Shown one piece after another: positions 44,003 through 59,229 of a DNA stretch of 64,000 nt. The stretch spans positions 187,054,001-187,118,000 of the forward strand of contig OZ024743.1 of NCBI GenBank assembly GCA_964016885.1, in the 5' to 3' direction. The notes beneath the pieces are model-generated. The model ran no database searches. It was not told the DNA's origin and worked only from the letters and a program-made list of their open reading frames with translations. The stretch comes from Eledone cirrhosa. Its lineage: Eukaryota. Numbering within the stretch: position 1 is the first letter of the stretch; every line of letters starts with the position of its first letter. A program made the translations under genes and the position numbers.

Positions 44003-45480
44003 ATATATATATAATAAGAGAGAGAGAGAGTAGGGAGAGAGATAGTTAGATAGATCGACAGAGAGAGAGAGAGAGAGAAATCATCAACACAACACCAGGT
44101 CTATGTGTGTGTGTATTTTTATGCGTGAAAAAAAAGAAAAGAATAATTAGCTAGAAAGATAGACAGGTTGAAATGGAAATATAATAGAGCACACACACAC
44201 ACACACGCCGTGTGTGTAAGCCAATGATGAACATAGTATTTTGTCTGTCATTAATATGCTCGTGTGTTTGGGCCATTTACTTCAGTGTTTACAACAAACG
44301 CCTGCTCAATATACTGCATCAAATACATGACTGTTTTACATTTTAGGCTCACTCTTTCCCTCACTTCATCTCTTACTCTCTCTTTCCTTCTCTCTATCTC
44401 CTCTCACTCTCTGTCTATATCTTTATCTTCCCTCATTTTCCACTCATTCTTATTCCCTCTCTCTTAATTCACTCTCTCTCTCTACTTCTTTTATATACTT
44501 ACTCTTTATCTCTTTCATTTCATCATTTACTCACTATTTCTCTCTCTCTTTCTCTGTCTATTCCCTTCATTTTACACTCATTCTTTGTCTCTTTTACTTC
44601 ATCACTTACTCTTTTCATCTCTCTCTCTTTCAGTCTATCTCCCCCCTTTTTACACTTACTGATTTTTCTTTTTCTCTCACTACATCTCTTACTTCCCCTC
44701 CCTTTCCTTCTATCATCCTCTCTGTCTATATCCCATCTTTCTCACTATCTCCTTTCTTTTTATCTCTATCTCCCTTCTTTCTTCTTTTCTTTCTATCTCC
44801 CTTCTCGCTCGCTCTTTCCCAATCTACCCTCTTCTCTCTCTTTCACTCCCTATCTATTTCCTTATGCACCCCAGTAAATTTACTGAAAGGTGGGTGAATG
44901 AAGCAAAAATGGCCCGAGTGATTGGGCCTTCTCTGTTTTTGTGTCTGTAGGTTGAGGAATAAAGCAAAAGGAAGAAAGGAGCACTTGCACAACACGCTCC
45001 TGGAGTTGAGGGTTGTTCTATCGACAACCCATTTGTGGCGCCTCCCCCCTATTGGGGATTTTGATTGTTGTAATTGTTTGTTTTTATATTTTTTACACGA
45101 CTGTATGTAAAATCCCTGGCATGTCTTTGTATTGTCCCCTTTTCTTGTGCGCCCTTGTGGCTAATAAAGAAATATATCTATTTCCTTCTTTCTCTCAATA
45201 AGTATCTCTCCCTTTTTTCGTTTTTCACCCTTTCTTTATTTTACTGTCTTTCCTTCTTTTTCATTCATTTTCTTACTCTATCTCCCTTTCATTTTCATTT
45301 TCTGTCTGAGTTTTGTCTTTCTCATCATCTCCCACATAAGTGAATACACACATAAAAACATGCAAACATACAAATATGCATACATTTATATTCATACTTA
45401 CAAGCACACATATACACATTCACACACAGACCTATGTGTGTATGTATGTATGTGTGTATGTATGAATGTATGTCTTACTA

Positions 45481-46690
45481 CCATCATCATCATCATTTTA
45501 CATTTGTTTCCCATGTTGGCATGGGTTGGAAGGGCTGTCACAATCAAAGGTTAGACCTATGGGGAGATCTCATTTTCTCATATGCTATATACTTGTCAGG
45601 GCTTCTATTGCTGGATGCCCTTACAAGCCAATCAATCTACAGAGTGTATCAGGGGCATTTTATCATAGCACCAGCACTATCACTTTAGTGAGTGTTCTGG
45701 TATATTTCATTGTAGTACCCAAACTAGAGAAGTTTTCAAGTAATGTACAGGGCCAGAGGTTTCTTCTCTACTCTTTGATGTTTCAGTTAGTTTACTCATC
45801 ACTTTAAATGATCGGTGGGATTACCAAGTGTGTTCTATTGAGATACCAGAATTTGTCACTTCTACTGGAGCCTCAAAGAACCTCTCCATATACTTTTAAT
45901 GTCATTGCTTGTACTGGTGAATGAGTCTTTTTTAGTAAGGCAAATTGCCAGTTAACTTGATTCTGTGTCATTTCCTTCATCCCATGTTTTCCTTTGCCTT
46001 CTACCACAGGTCCCATCACCTCAAGCATTTGGGTCTTTTTTAAAAATATAAATCTTTCTCTTCTTATGCAGCACATGACTCTACAGGTGCAGTTGTCTCT
46101 TTTGCACACCTCATTCAGTTCTTCATATACTCAATTTTCTCTCAGTTCACCTGTGCTCTCACTTGTACATCTAGTGAAGTGGACACACCACATTTCTTTT
46201 AGCCTCCAAAAATATTCTGCATTTAAGGGCCATAGCTCACTGCCATATAGTGTGGCTGTTTGAATACAAGTGTTATAAGTCTGTCCATCACACTGAGAGA
46301 GAAGCATTTTATTGTAACTGTTCTCTCTGGCTATAACATACTTAGTACATCTATCACTACTGCGAATGAGGTCACCTAAATAGGAAAAGCTTTCTACTAC
46401 TTCTAGGGATCCATTTGATATGAGGTAGTTTATCTCTTGAGTACTCTTACTAATTATTAGACACATACAAAGTTTACTTGTGCTGACAGCCTACACACAA
46501 AACCATTACGTCTCCTGTGCATGCACTGTCCACTCTAGTTACACAACATGGAGTTTCTACCAAACGTTTTTCTGTATTATGCACACAGCTATTTTCAAAA
46601 TAGCCGCAAAATTATTTCCTCATTCCTACATACCTAAACGTTAGTCTTTGGTGTGTTTATTTGAAGGCCCTTTGATTCTAGATATTCTAC
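45481..46690 (-). pseudogene. Old decayed RTE LINE
   Basis: GSLEVVESFSYLGDLI, ATLYGSELW remnants; (GAT)n tail near 45481. Confidence 0.75.
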
Positions 46691-46860
46691 AATGTTTGTT
46701 ATGTGGGCAGCTGACCAGCATACAGGGTTTCCTCGGACAGCCTGTTTTGAATTTTTCTGTGTATATGTGAAAGGTTAACAGTGAAAAACAACAGGAGAAT
46801 GATACAGCACAATGATGATATACAGTATATTAGTTTAACATTTGCTATAGTTGGAAAAGA

Positions 46861-46898
46861 ATCTTCATTCTTTGGACATTACTCCTTCATCAGAAGAT
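46861..46898 (-). ncRNA. Degenerate hammerhead-like relic
   Basis: Minus strand atctt CTGATGA agga-gtaatg-tcc AAA gaat G aagat; G12 missing. Confidence 0.3.
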
Positions 46899-48589
46899 AG
46901 AATGGGAGATGAAATAAGAAATAGAAAAATAGATGAAAGTAAGAAGAGGAAAAGATGGAAAAAAATGTTTTTGTGTGAGGAAAGTAGGTGTGTGTTTAGT
47001 CAGTCATTTTGGGGAAGTGCATGTCAGAATGTATCTCAGATATAAGAGAGTTTTAAAAAGAAGGTAATCAAAGTATATTTTGAGTTAACATGTGTATGTG
47101 TGTGTGATTGTCTGTACAAAGCTGTGAGAGTATGCAAGTCTGGTGTGCATCAGATTGTGGAAGGCTGGTGTAGTTTCTGGAACTGTTAGAGTATGCATGC
47201 AATGAAAAATGCAATGAATGATAAAGGGTACAGGTTGAGTAGGTGTGTAGGCATACAAGTGTGTATGTGTATATTCACATGCAATATATGTATGTATGTA
47301 TGCATGAATATATGCTCTGGTTTTATTATTTTGTAGTATTTTTATCAATAAAGAAAGCTGGTTTGTAACATAAAAACAAGACTCTTTCATTGGAATTTAG
47401 GTATAAACAAGGTAAATATGTACGTCTGTGTGTGTATGCAGGTATGGATATTATTGTATGTGTGAATCTGTATGTTTGAATTATATGTGCATATATTTCT
47501 GTATCTACACATGTGTATATGTAGTTATTACATGCTAAATTTCTGAAATGTTTTACACATTTCTACACATTTCTACAGTTCTGGACTATACTTGCAACTT
47601 CCTAACTAGCCATGCTCTTTCTGGTTCTGTGAAGTCCAGCTTCTCAAGATTTGTACTGAAGCATTAACATATCCAATAGCCCTAACGATCACGGGTAAAC
47701 TTCTAAACTTCAGGATGGAATATCTGCAGATTTCTTATTAGTTCAACATATGATTTCCTTTTTCTAATCTTTAGCATTATATTGACATCTACTTATTTCC
47801 ACAACTGCTATGTATGTATTTATGCATGCACGCATGTATGTACGTATGTATGTATGTGCATGTGTGTGTGTGTGTGAGTATAATGCAACAAATAGTAAAG
47901 ATATATTTTATTCTTAACATGTGTTTCTGCAAAAATGAAATAAAAGTAAAAAAGACCTTGTTTCAAGATTCATTAAAATGAATATATATTTAAGACTTTT
48001 ACATATTATAATCTGATCTTTCACTCAAGTATTTAATGATTATTTTTGTTTAATGTGATATCTGACCATTCTTTGAATTCTTAGTAATGCCTGTGAGAAG
48101 TTTAAGTTGAAAACTGCTTACACTAAACCATTACTCTTATTATGAAAACCAAAGACCAGCCGAAACAAGATATTTGTCTGTACAATATTACAAAGGTTGA
48201 ATGATTAAGAAGTTTCCTTCACAACCATTAAGTCTTGAATTCTATCACACTTCATAGTACCTTAGTCAAGTGTCCTTTACCATAGCCTCGGATCAACCCA
48301 TACCTTGTGAGTGAAACTGAGTAGATGGGAATTGTTTGGAATCTCATTGGATAGACTGTATCTGTAATTTAAATGGCCAGCCTTGTCACACTGTTATGCT
48401 GAATTTCCATGAGGATTACGTTAAGGAGACATATGTCTAAGGAACTTACATAATAATTTCATTAGCAAGCTGTTCTGTTAATCAAACAACTGGAACACTC
48501 ATTGTCATCCCCGACAAAGGTCTATTCTGCAATGTTACTAGGTTCTATATCAGAGTAAACCTAGTTCTATGCATTTTCTCATGGCATGT

Positions 48590-49272
48590 CAAAGATGCAC
48601 AGGGTTAATTGAGGAGAAGTGTGTTAGAGATATAAACATTTTCCAATTACATGAAGGATCCATCAAAGTGGTTGATAGCTTCTGCTATCTAAGTAACTGA
48701 CAGTGCTCCAAGAGCATAATAGCTAGAATAAGAATAGGATGGAAGAAGTTTAAAGAGCTACTCCCACTGTTTACAACAAAAGATTTCTTCCTGCATACAA
48801 AAGTATAGCTGTATGGTGCCTGTGTCCAAAGTGCAATGCTTCATGGTAGTGAAACATGGGCAGTACTGCAGAGGATATGCATAAGCTGGGGAGAAATGAA
48901 GTTACCATGCTTCATTGGATGTGCAATGTAAATGTGAAAGAAAGGCAGAGCTTTGATAAACTAAGGGAGAAACTGGGTTTAAGACGAATCCAAAGTGGTG
49001 TGCAGGAGAGAACACTGCATTGGTTTGGGTATGTCATGTACATCAATGATGATTGCTGGGGGAAGAAGTTCCAGGAAATCTCAGTGGTAGGAAGCCACAG
49101 TAGAGGTAGACCAAGGAAGACCAGGCGGAAGTGGTGAGAGCTGATCTCAAATTGCCAACACTTACAGAGAAGATGAAGAAGGAACACAACAAGAGGAGAG
49201 ATGCTGTGCTGAAAAGGACCTGGCCAACCCATGCAAGCATAGAAAATTTGATGAAAAACGATTATGATGATT
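48590..49272 (+). pseudogene. Old decayed RTE LINE 3' part
   Basis: [29 protein letters not shown]; tail AACCCATGCAAGCATAGAA..GATGAT. Confidence 0.8.
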
Positions 49273-52200
49273 GGCAAAACTATGAATAACTCAGTGTTCA
49301 GAATAACTACTGTCAGAAATCAATAAGTATAATCACCCATTAATAGATACTGCTGATTGCAAAATATTAATCAGAAAATATAGACATTGAATATTTGACT
49401 ATGTATTCAGCTGTGAATGTAAAATAAATTATTTGTGTGTGAGTGCGTTTGAGTGTGTGTTTGTGTGTGTAGGGAGGTACTTCCTAGTCTGGCACACATA
49501 CTTTATAAAACTACTTGCAACGAGTTGATTATTTTTTAGTACCTTTCATATATTTCTCCATCAGCATTTCCCTAACTTTATTCTCTTTCCCTTCTTTCTT
49601 TTCTTTATGTTCCTTTTTACCTTTCTTCATCTTTTTCTCTTAAAATATCTTCAGTTGTAAGAATGGAGGTTTGGCAGAATTAGTGGAGTATCGGATAACA
49701 TGTGGTATTTGTTCCGACTCTTTACGTTCTGAATTCAAATTCCACCAAGGTCAATTTTTCCCTTTATCCTTCCCCATTTGATAAAATAAAGTAGCAGTGA
49801 AATCTCTCTCAAATCACACCTTTCAGCTTTATAAAATGACAAAATATATTTGAAAAATTGAATCTAGATATATCCCCTTCACTTCTCCCCAATAAAGAAA
49901 ACAAAATTATAATGGATCTAACACTCAATCATGAGTCTGCAGAGTCAGGACTGACTTGAGTAGAACAACAATAAACATCATGATCAACATCATCTTCATC
50001 ATCACTATCACCACCACCATAATGATGATCATGATTATCATCATCATCATCATGTTTATCATTACCATCACTATCACCATCTTCTTCCTGTTCCTCTTAC
50101 TCCTACTCATCATCATCGCCGTTGTCCTCATCATGAGGTCATTAACACTGCAATGGAAATATGTATTAGGTGTTGTAGAGGAACATCCATGGTGCTGGAA
50201 ATGATATCAGCATATTAGAAGGGTTCCAGGAGTTGTGACCGGTAGATAGTATCAACAATGGAAAGACCATTGTTTCCTTGGTCTAATTTGACGAGGTCCA
50301 CCCAGCTTGGCAAGCAGATGAGGTCTGAGAACTTGTTGATCGATCAGAGCTAGAAAGTTGCTGTACATAGTGGCAAGCAAATCTATATATTTTTATATAA
50401 TATAAGTATAATCTGAAATATGGACAGATTTTATAGAAGTTCAAAATTCCCACTCCTTGATTATAGCTACTGAGCTGAATGATTTACCATATATATTTGA
50501 ATATAAGCCAACTTCACTTGTCTGAGAAACAGGCAAAAATCCCAACCCCGTTTATAAGCTGAGGCAGGAGGTAATCAACACATTATATTTAGATGGTGCA
50601 GTGTTGAAATTCTCCTGAGTGGAGAACATATTTATGAAGTTTTAATATTTTGATATTTAAAATGTTTTAAGTGCCATATAGAGTATATTATTTGTTTCAC
50701 CACTCCATTACTTAATGATTTTTTACCAATTTCTGACTGTTTTGAAGGCCATATTCATTCAAAACATAAAAAATAACAATAGGAAATATGAATTTCATGT
50801 TGAAAATGAAATGAGTGTAATATTCACCTCAAAAGTGAAAATAATTTAGCACCTCATTTACATAGAATTTTGAAGCTGGTTAAAATCAGCAAGATATTGA
50901 CCTCAAATATAAGCTGACCCCACTCCCATTTTACCATCATTTTTTTTTTCACATATTTTTCGGCTTATATGCGAGTATATACAGTGAATAATGACTTAAT
51001 GTTAATGATTTACATAATAAACACACCCAGTAAACTCTATAAAATGGTTGGTAGTAGGAAGAGTATTAATTTATAGAAAATTTTCCAAACAAGGGGTGAG
51101 GAGGATTCTTCAGCTAACCTCTAAATTGTTGGTGATTTACAAGATAAACACACCCAGCACCCTCTGTAAAGTGGTTGGTGATATGAAGTGCATCAGCTTT
51201 GATTGAGCTGATCTATTATGAAAAGTATTATCCCTGACCATCCTACCAACTTTTCTTAATTACTGTCTATCCATGACAATTTTCTTAGATAGTAAGCTCT
51301 GATTTGGAAGATATTTGACTGCTATTTCTTGGAGGCCAAATGACCGTGTAGTAACTCTCTTCTTTTCTGAAGCAGTGTTTAATGTAAAAAATAGGTGTCA
51401 TGTACAACCAGTGGATCTTTCTTATCACCCTTTTTGTGATTCTTTTACTAAACCCCACATTAAGTATTAAATACAGTTCTTCCTTTGAGAGATTATTTCT
51501 CTTGTGTTCTTCGATACACTTATATCCACTTGCTTCAGTTATATGTAAACATACCTTATTTATGATCCTTAGATTATGGGCCATCTGACTTGTCTTCTTT
51601 CTTTCTATACAGTAATAATAAAACTAGACACCGTTTAACAGGCGATACAGATCTATCTCGTAACAGGTGATACAGATCTATCTTGTCAAGAATTATTTGT
51701 TGCTTGTATGTGCAGCCAGCCTTCTTATGTTGAAAGAAATCATGTTCAAGCATAATGTAACCTAGTCAATGATTTTATGTGACTCCAGGAAACAGTCATA
51801 TTCAAATTTCAGAGTAATGACATGATATTGATACAGACATTATTATTCTACTTAGATACTAGAAAAGTGATATCCAACATAGAACAATGAAGAATCAACA
51901 TAGTGTTAATGTTCGTGCTAGTGTTTTTAGAGTTGTTTTAATTTTCCTGTCATGCAGAAAGCATAGTCACGTGGAGATTTAGCATTATAGTTGTATTTTG
52001 GTGGTGTTTCACCGGTAATTTCACAGTTATAGCAATGTTGACTAACATCCTAACAACAGTTGATGTTCTTAGGAAAGGCCTGACATATATTTTTGTATGT
52101 TTTGTTATGTAAACAATATTATATTATCATTATAAATGGCAATGGAAATAAATATTGAGTTATTATAGGGAAATATGTCATTGGAAATGATAACAGTGAA

Positions 52201-53137
52201 TGGTAGAGAACAAATTTAGATGTTTTACATAATCTAATTTGATATAAACTTGTGATTCATGAGTTAATAGTCTGCTACTGTCTACACCTAATCATTTTAT
52301 GTCTACTCATATTGATAGCAACATAAAAACATATGTTTGTTATATATTATCTCATTGTCTTTCCATCTAATATTCCTGCTTTAGTGCCAAACTCTATAAG
52401 CAGTAATTGATTGGTAGCCAAGTCAAAAACTTTGCTTCGATTTTTGAGTGTGGATGTTTTCACTTTACATAAATTTCTAATTATAAAGGCACGAATGTCA
52501 CAACATCTCCTTACCATGCCAGCCCTACTATAAAGCTGAGTTCATTTTACAAAAAAGAGCTATGCATGACTAATTTTTATTAATCCATGAATTAATTTTA
52601 GTATCTTAGTCAGTGGTTTATTGAAGACTATGGTTGGGCGATTATTGATAATTTTGATGTAATAATGACCATAATAAAGAAGATAAATACAAATAAAAGA
52701 TAGGTCTAGCTTTCACAGTAGTATGCTATATTAATATATATAGCAGCAAAAATATGAAAAGGATCTAGATTTATAATATGATGGCAGCAAATCAAATGAA
52801 ACATTCATCATTTTTAAGTGGGGTTTTCCTGGCTACATTGTGCATATGTTGTTCAAACATGAAGGCCTTTAAGCATATACTCTCAAATTCAGTTTGTTAA
52901 AGGAGGTTTGAATATATTGAACAACTTCATAGAAATTCATTTATTGATTAATTGCTATCAAAGACTGATCACATTAGACATTAAATCTCCTGATAAAATT
53001 GTTTTGACTGTCTGTCACTAATCACTTGAATGGGAAGTTCTCTGATAAGAAGCCTTATTATAGCATATCCTGGCAAATGTACTTTTGATTTCTCCTTTAA
53101 CAATTCATTATGCTTCAGGGATTGGTCATCTCTACTA

Positions 53138-53329
53138 TGAGGGTTGGCTGAAAAGTTCATAGGCTGACCAAGATACATGGAATGACAAAATGAGTTTTAG
53201 ATTTCAAAATAGTCTGGAAAGAAACAATGCAGTTATTAATAAGAAGAATTGAAATTAATGCATGCAAGATTTCACAGCTCAAGCATCACTCCTTCATAAT
53301 CAGCTTATAAAATGTTTAGCTCACCCTCG
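53138..53329. mobile_element. Mariner-type MITE, decayed
   Basis: TA-TGAGGGTTGGCTGAAAAGTTCATAGGCTGA at left; TCAGCTTATAAAATGTTTAGCTCACCCTCG-TA at right. Confidence 0.6.
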
Positions 53330-54581
53330 TACATGCTGCCATCTCCAGGTGTACTTACTCTTCATATATTTACTCTTATTCCAGTATCTCTGACTTTGCA
53401 AATGTTTTGATCTCAACCAAACTTCAGTGTTACCTGCTATGTTTAAAGATTTGTTAATGTGCATTTTTGTGTATGTTATTCAGCAAACATGGAATGCCAC
53501 TCAAATATTTTCTAAAACATTTGTATATTTAAGTTATATCAAATACATTTGATGTATAATCCTCATTTGTGAGTGTCCGTGAGACATATACACATACACA
53601 AGGTCTAAATACAAAAGAACCAAACTCCCACTGTCACAGCCACCGTCTCTCTGGCTTTCCATATCTCTCACTATTATGAGCAAATGAGGGCCCATGTGCT
53701 GGCCTCCCTGCAGCCCCAGCAGACAGAATGGAGTTGTTTCCCTGGAGGATGGTGAGGGAGACATGCTATGCTGTCACCAGAATTAAGAGCACAGAAATAT
53801 CTAGAAATAGGTATTTGATAATTTTGCCTTTATCTGTACTATACAAACCCATCATCTCATAGAAACACATCGAAAATATTGAATTCAAACATGCCAACCA
53901 TTTTCAGTTAAACTAAAGCAATGCTACAATCTTTCCTCTACCTATTACTCCTATAAATTGTTTCCTAATCTGTACTAAATATTTTTGTTAGTTCTCTTCT
54001 TTACTTAGTGTTGTTTCTATCTGTTTAGAGAACTTTAATTATATCTGCACTTTTCCTTCCTCTACTGGGCCAGGTGAAAGGCATCCAGTTCACTTTGTAA
54101 TGTGGTTGGCAATGAAATGGAGGCTCTATAAATCACTCTATAAAGACTCTTCAGTTTGGCTGAGTGTATGACAACCTCTCTAGTGTTGATGCCACAATAA
54201 AATAAACCCAGTACACTTTGGTATTTCTAGTATCAGGTTAAAAAGCACCCATTACACCCTGTAAGGATGGGGTGGGTGGGGGCGTTAGGAAGGGCCTTCA
54301 GCCATAGAAACTATATGAAACATTGAGTGTATGAGAAAGATGAGGTTTTCTAACCTGCCTAGTCAGCCACCATGACCACCCATTGAACCATGCCAACATA
54401 GAAGGCTGATATAAAATTATGAGGATGATGATTATGATGATATAAACATTAGGGAATGAGATTTAGCATTGATGCACAGTTTGCTGTTGTTACTTAGCTC
54501 AGGTCAGTCATGACCAAACAGACCTATGATTGAATGTATTTCAGCCTTGACCAGCCATTATTTTTACGGGTATCTAGGATT

Positions 54582-54772
54582 GTGGATTGGCAGTATCAGT
54601 AGAGCATCAGTCACCATGCTTTGCAGTATAGAGTTACAGCCCTTTATGTTCTGAGTTTAAATCCCGCTGAGGTTAGTTTTGCCTTTCATCCTTACGGGGT
54701 TGATAAAATAAAGTACCAATTTTGCACTACCCCCAAAATTACTGGCCTTGTGCCTATAGTAGGAATTATTAT
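54582..54772 (+). mobile_element. tRNA SINE family 2, diverged
   Basis: Same head and body; further diverged copies at ~49668-49800, ~56728-56912, ~61198-61340. Confidence 0.75.
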
Positions 54773-54904
54773 TTAATTTGCCTTTCCTTTTTATAAAATG
54801 CTAGGGTAAGGTATAATTTGGGGAGAGATCTGCTTATTATTTCTAGTAGGTTAAGCCACCCCAAAGACGTTTCCTCAGCTTGTTAATAGATTGTTTTTAT
54901 TCAC

Positions 54905-56105
54905 ATCCTCATCATCATTTTACATCTATTTTTTTCACACTTGAATTAGTTGAATGGATTCTCTTCAGCATAGCCTCCCTTCACTAATAGCATTCTTTTA
55001 ACATCTCTTCTATGAGGTTCAGAATTTTGAAACCAACTCTTACCCCCTCTGCTCAGGTTTTCTCCCCTTTTCCTCTTTCCTCTTGAAAATTGTGGCATCT
55101 CTTCCTCCATATGCCTTATGTATCCATATTAATGCAATCTTCCTTCTTGAATACTACCTCTTATTCCTCTTATGCCCTTGTTTTCTCTCAGTTCATCCAT
55201 GCTTTGTCATTTATGCATACAAGCATTATGCACCCAGCCGACCACACACAACTTTCTCTCCAGCTTTTACATATCCCCCTGCATTAATTGCTTTTGTCTC
55301 ACTACCATGCATTATTGCACATCACATACAGGCATCATACAACATGCCTTATACTCAGAGAGAAAATTCCTTTGTTTTCAACAGAGGTAGTAGCTCTTAG
55401 AACTTTTTTCATCCTGTTCTAATTCTAGCTACTATTAATTTAGAATAACTTCCTCCATTGCAAATTCAAGCAACTCCCCCCATGCATCTACCAAATACAA
55501 AGCTTTCCTTTTCTGTTAGCCTGCCTAGTAACCCACCACATCTCTTGTGTACCCACATAATACATTGTGTATATCACAAGTTCATGTCCACTGCTTTTAT
55601 ACAAATCAAGCACTGCCATTTCCCAGATGGTATCAAAGTCTTTTCTTTCCTACTTACTAAAACTGTTCTTTTTAAAGATTACTCTGACCCCTTTTAATTC
55701 TAATTTTTGTTTTTACGATGAGAGCTTCTCAAGCTCTTCCATAGATTACGCTATAACAACAAGGTCATCAGCGTACAGATGTTCCCATGAGCAGTTGGAC
55801 TTAAACACCTTCGTAATGGCCTGGAGAACTATACTAAATAAAAATGGGCTATGAATAGACCTCTGATGAACACCCACATGCACATTGAATTCCTCAGTAA
55901 ACTCATCACCTACTTTTTCTTTAATGAAAGCACTTCTATACTTGGCTTGAACTGCTCTCACAAGAGACTCATCTATATCCAGTTTTCTTAAGGACCACAA
56001 GACAACATATTCTGGTTCTCTGTCAAAGGTCTTCTCCAGATAAATTAAAGCTAGGTATAGTAGCTTACACTGGCTAAGAACATCACTTTTAGTTCTCCCA
56101 CAAAA
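54905..56105 (-). pseudogene. Old decayed RTE LINE (RT region)
   Basis: WSLRKL, VGVHQRSIHSPFLF, LYADDL; colinear with 26136-27530. Confidence 0.8.
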
Positions 56106-57426
56106 AGAGGGTATTTGTGGTTACTGTTGTTGATTAAGCTCATATTAGCTCTGACCGCACAGATCTATAATCCAATGTGTTCTAACTATAGTCATTTTGT
56201 CTTTAATTTAGGCAATATATCATAAACTACATTATTCAATGTGTTCTTTATTGGTTTTAAGATAGGAGAGTATGATTTGAGTGAAATTTGACAACTATTT
56301 CGCTGGCTTATAGTAAACTGAGAAACTGTGTAGAATCAGATTGTCTCTGATCATCACATATTTAGTTCAAAGTAGTGTACTCTTTGGGCCTCCATCATTT
56401 TTGACAAATGCTCCAGGTGATTCAATCAACAGAACTGCCTGCTAAGGAAATTAACGTGTTAGTGGCTGAGCATTCCACATTTTTGTTACATATTGTGTCA
56501 TACTGAATCTCCCTGAGAACTGTGTTAATGGTGCAACACATTTTTGCTTGCTGAGTGGACTGGAGCAATATGAAATAAAGCATCTTGCTCAAGGACGCAA
56601 TGTGCCACCTAGTCCAGGAATCAAACTTATGATCTGATGATCATGAAATGAATACCCTAACCACTAAACCATGTAAGTTAGCAGTTCAATGTAGCATAGT
56701 TATTGTTAATATGTAGCAAAAAGAGCAAGTGGATTGGCAGTACTGGTACAGCATCAGACAACATGCTTTTTCAAATCCTGCCAAGTTTAGTTTTGCTTTT
56801 CATCCTTACAGGGGTCAATAAAATAGAGTACCAGTAATAGACAGGGTCCATTTAATCGACTTTCCCTTCCCCAAAAAATTATCAGCCTTGTGCCTAAATC
56901 AGAAACCGTTATTATGTAGCAAAGAAAAGGCAATGTGTAATAGAATAAGTAAAGTTAAATAGTAGCAACGGAATCTTGTAAACATCAAAATACTAAAAAC
57001 AATAAAATGTGTGAAGAATACACGTGCATGCATGCACACACAGTCGCATACCCACTGTACACACACTTATATTACACATACCCATAAATATTTACACACA
57101 AACAGAGAGATTATTAGAAATAAGATAACAATGTGGTTAAGATGATTGAAAGAAAAGAGCAGTCTCAACATAGAGAATGAAGGGAAGCAAAGAAAGAGAA
57201 CGAGAGAAAGTGAAGGGAAGCAAAGAGAGAGGGTGAAGGGAAGAAAAGAGAGAGAGAGATAGGAAGTTTCTGCAGTAGCAAGGAATAAAGGGGGGGATGA
57301 AAGAAAACAAATAAAATAAAATAATAGGATAGTGAACTTCAAGCCATGGTGTATGTCCTAAATAGAAAGCTAGTCATAGCTATGATAAAGTTAAATGAAA
57401 AAACAATGTTGTCTCTGATCAAGATG

Positions 57427-57510
<84 letters not shown>

Positions 57511-57512
<2 letters not shown>

Positions 57513-57830
57513 GCACATAGCTTAGTGTTTAGAGTGTTGGGCTTACAGTCATCAGGCTGTAAGTTCGATTCCCAGACTGGGCATTGTGTTGTTGCCTTGA
57601 GTAGGACATTTTAATTCACATTATTTCAGTTTACTCAGCTGTAGAAAAGAGTTGCAATGTCACTGGTGCCAAGCTGCATTGGCCTTTGCTTTTCCATTGA
57701 ACAACATGGAGAGGGATGCTGGTATGAATGGGTGATTGCTGGACATCCACAAAAAACATTGTCCTGACTTTGTGCGTTGGAGGGGAACTTTCTAGGTGCA
57801 AAGCCCATGGTCATTCATGACCAAAGTCTT
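57511..57830 (+). mobile_element. CORE-type SINE, alternative 3' body, after (GT)n
   Basis: Matches 22780-23059. Confidence 0.75.
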
Positions 57831-58529
57831 ATTAGTACTACACTTAGGAGGAAGTAGAGGTGGGTGATACTAATAAAACTTTGCATCTCTGTGTTTGTCT
57901 TGTCATTTTAAAACTATATATATGTGTATGTATGTATATATGTATGTGTGGATGTATGTATGTTTTTCTGGTTTCATATTTTTATAAACATTTTTGTACC
58001 AATATAGAGAGTTTGTTTTTAACATCGACGCAAGACTCTTTCATTTGAATTTAGACATCAACTAGGTAAATATATATGCATGTCTGCATGTGTGTGCATG
58101 TATGCATGTATGGATATTATTGTATGTGTAGATGTGCGTATGTTTTGTATCTGTTATTACATGCAGAATTTTTGGAATGCTTTACATATTTTTACAGTTC
58201 CATTAATGGATTGATTTATCTATGTATGTATTAGATCGATACTAATGTATTATGAGGATGAGTATGAAATTGGATGAAGTGGTGTTTGATTTTTGATATT
58301 GTGTATCTCTTTTTGTTTAAGCCTGTGTATGTGTGATTTAGTTATTGTATAGGTGCGTGTGTGTATTTGTATGAGTAATTTAATATTGTGTAATTTTAAG
58401 TTTTGTTTGAGTATGTGCATGCCTGTGTGTGTATGCATAGGTGTGTGTATGCATGTATGAGTGTGTGTATGCATGTATGAGTGTGTGTTAAATTTTATAA
58501 CTTGTAGTTTAATATACATTGTTATTGTT

Positions 58530-58912
58530 TTTGTTGTTTAGATGTATGTTGTGTTTATTATTGTGGTTTAGTGTTATTGTTTTCTAGATGTGTGTTGTTG
58601 TTTTCTAGATGTGTGTTGTTATTGTTTTCTAGAAGTGTGTTGTTGTTCTATAGATGTGTGTTATTGTTTTCTAGATGTGTGTTGTTGTTGTTCTATAGAT
58701 GTGTGTTATTGTTTTCTAGATGTGTGTTGTTATTGTTTTCTAGATGTGAGGTGTTATTGTAATGGTCTACATATATGTTGTTATTGTTATTGTCTAGGTG
58801 TCTGTTATTATTATTATCTAGATGTATGTTGTTGTTATCTTCATGTTTGTTGTTGTTGTCTAGATGTATGTCGTTGTTGTCTAGATGTGTGTTGTTATTT
58901 TTGTTGTCTAGA
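58530..58912. repeat. 21-24 bp minisatellite TCTAGATGTGTGTT(GTT)n
   Basis: Direct reading. Confidence 0.85.
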
Positions 58913-59229
58913 TCAACTATGATTGAAAAGTCATGATCAAAATCCTTCCAGTCATACCTATCTCCACATTTTAAGGGTATGTTTAGCATTAGATTGTCAT
59001 ATGTGATTCCTGATTATTTAAAACATTAGAGTGTAATATAAGAGAGACTGAGCTATTTTTTCTAGTTTCAATACCTGTGTAGTAGTTCTCTTATCAATTT
59101 TTTTGTGGATGTATGCGTGTATCTGTGTTTATGTTTCTGTGTGTGTTATTGGTTATTGTACAACCATGCATGTGTTGTTAGTGTGTGTGTATAAATATAG
59201 TGACAATCTCAAATCCTATTGTTGTTGTT

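Noticed and set aside
44340-44860. Long polypyrimidine tract
   Set aside because: Ordinary degenerate (CT)n low-complexity sequence
51285-51584. 99-aa minus-strand ORF in unique sequence
   Set aside because: No recognisable motif; length compatible with chance
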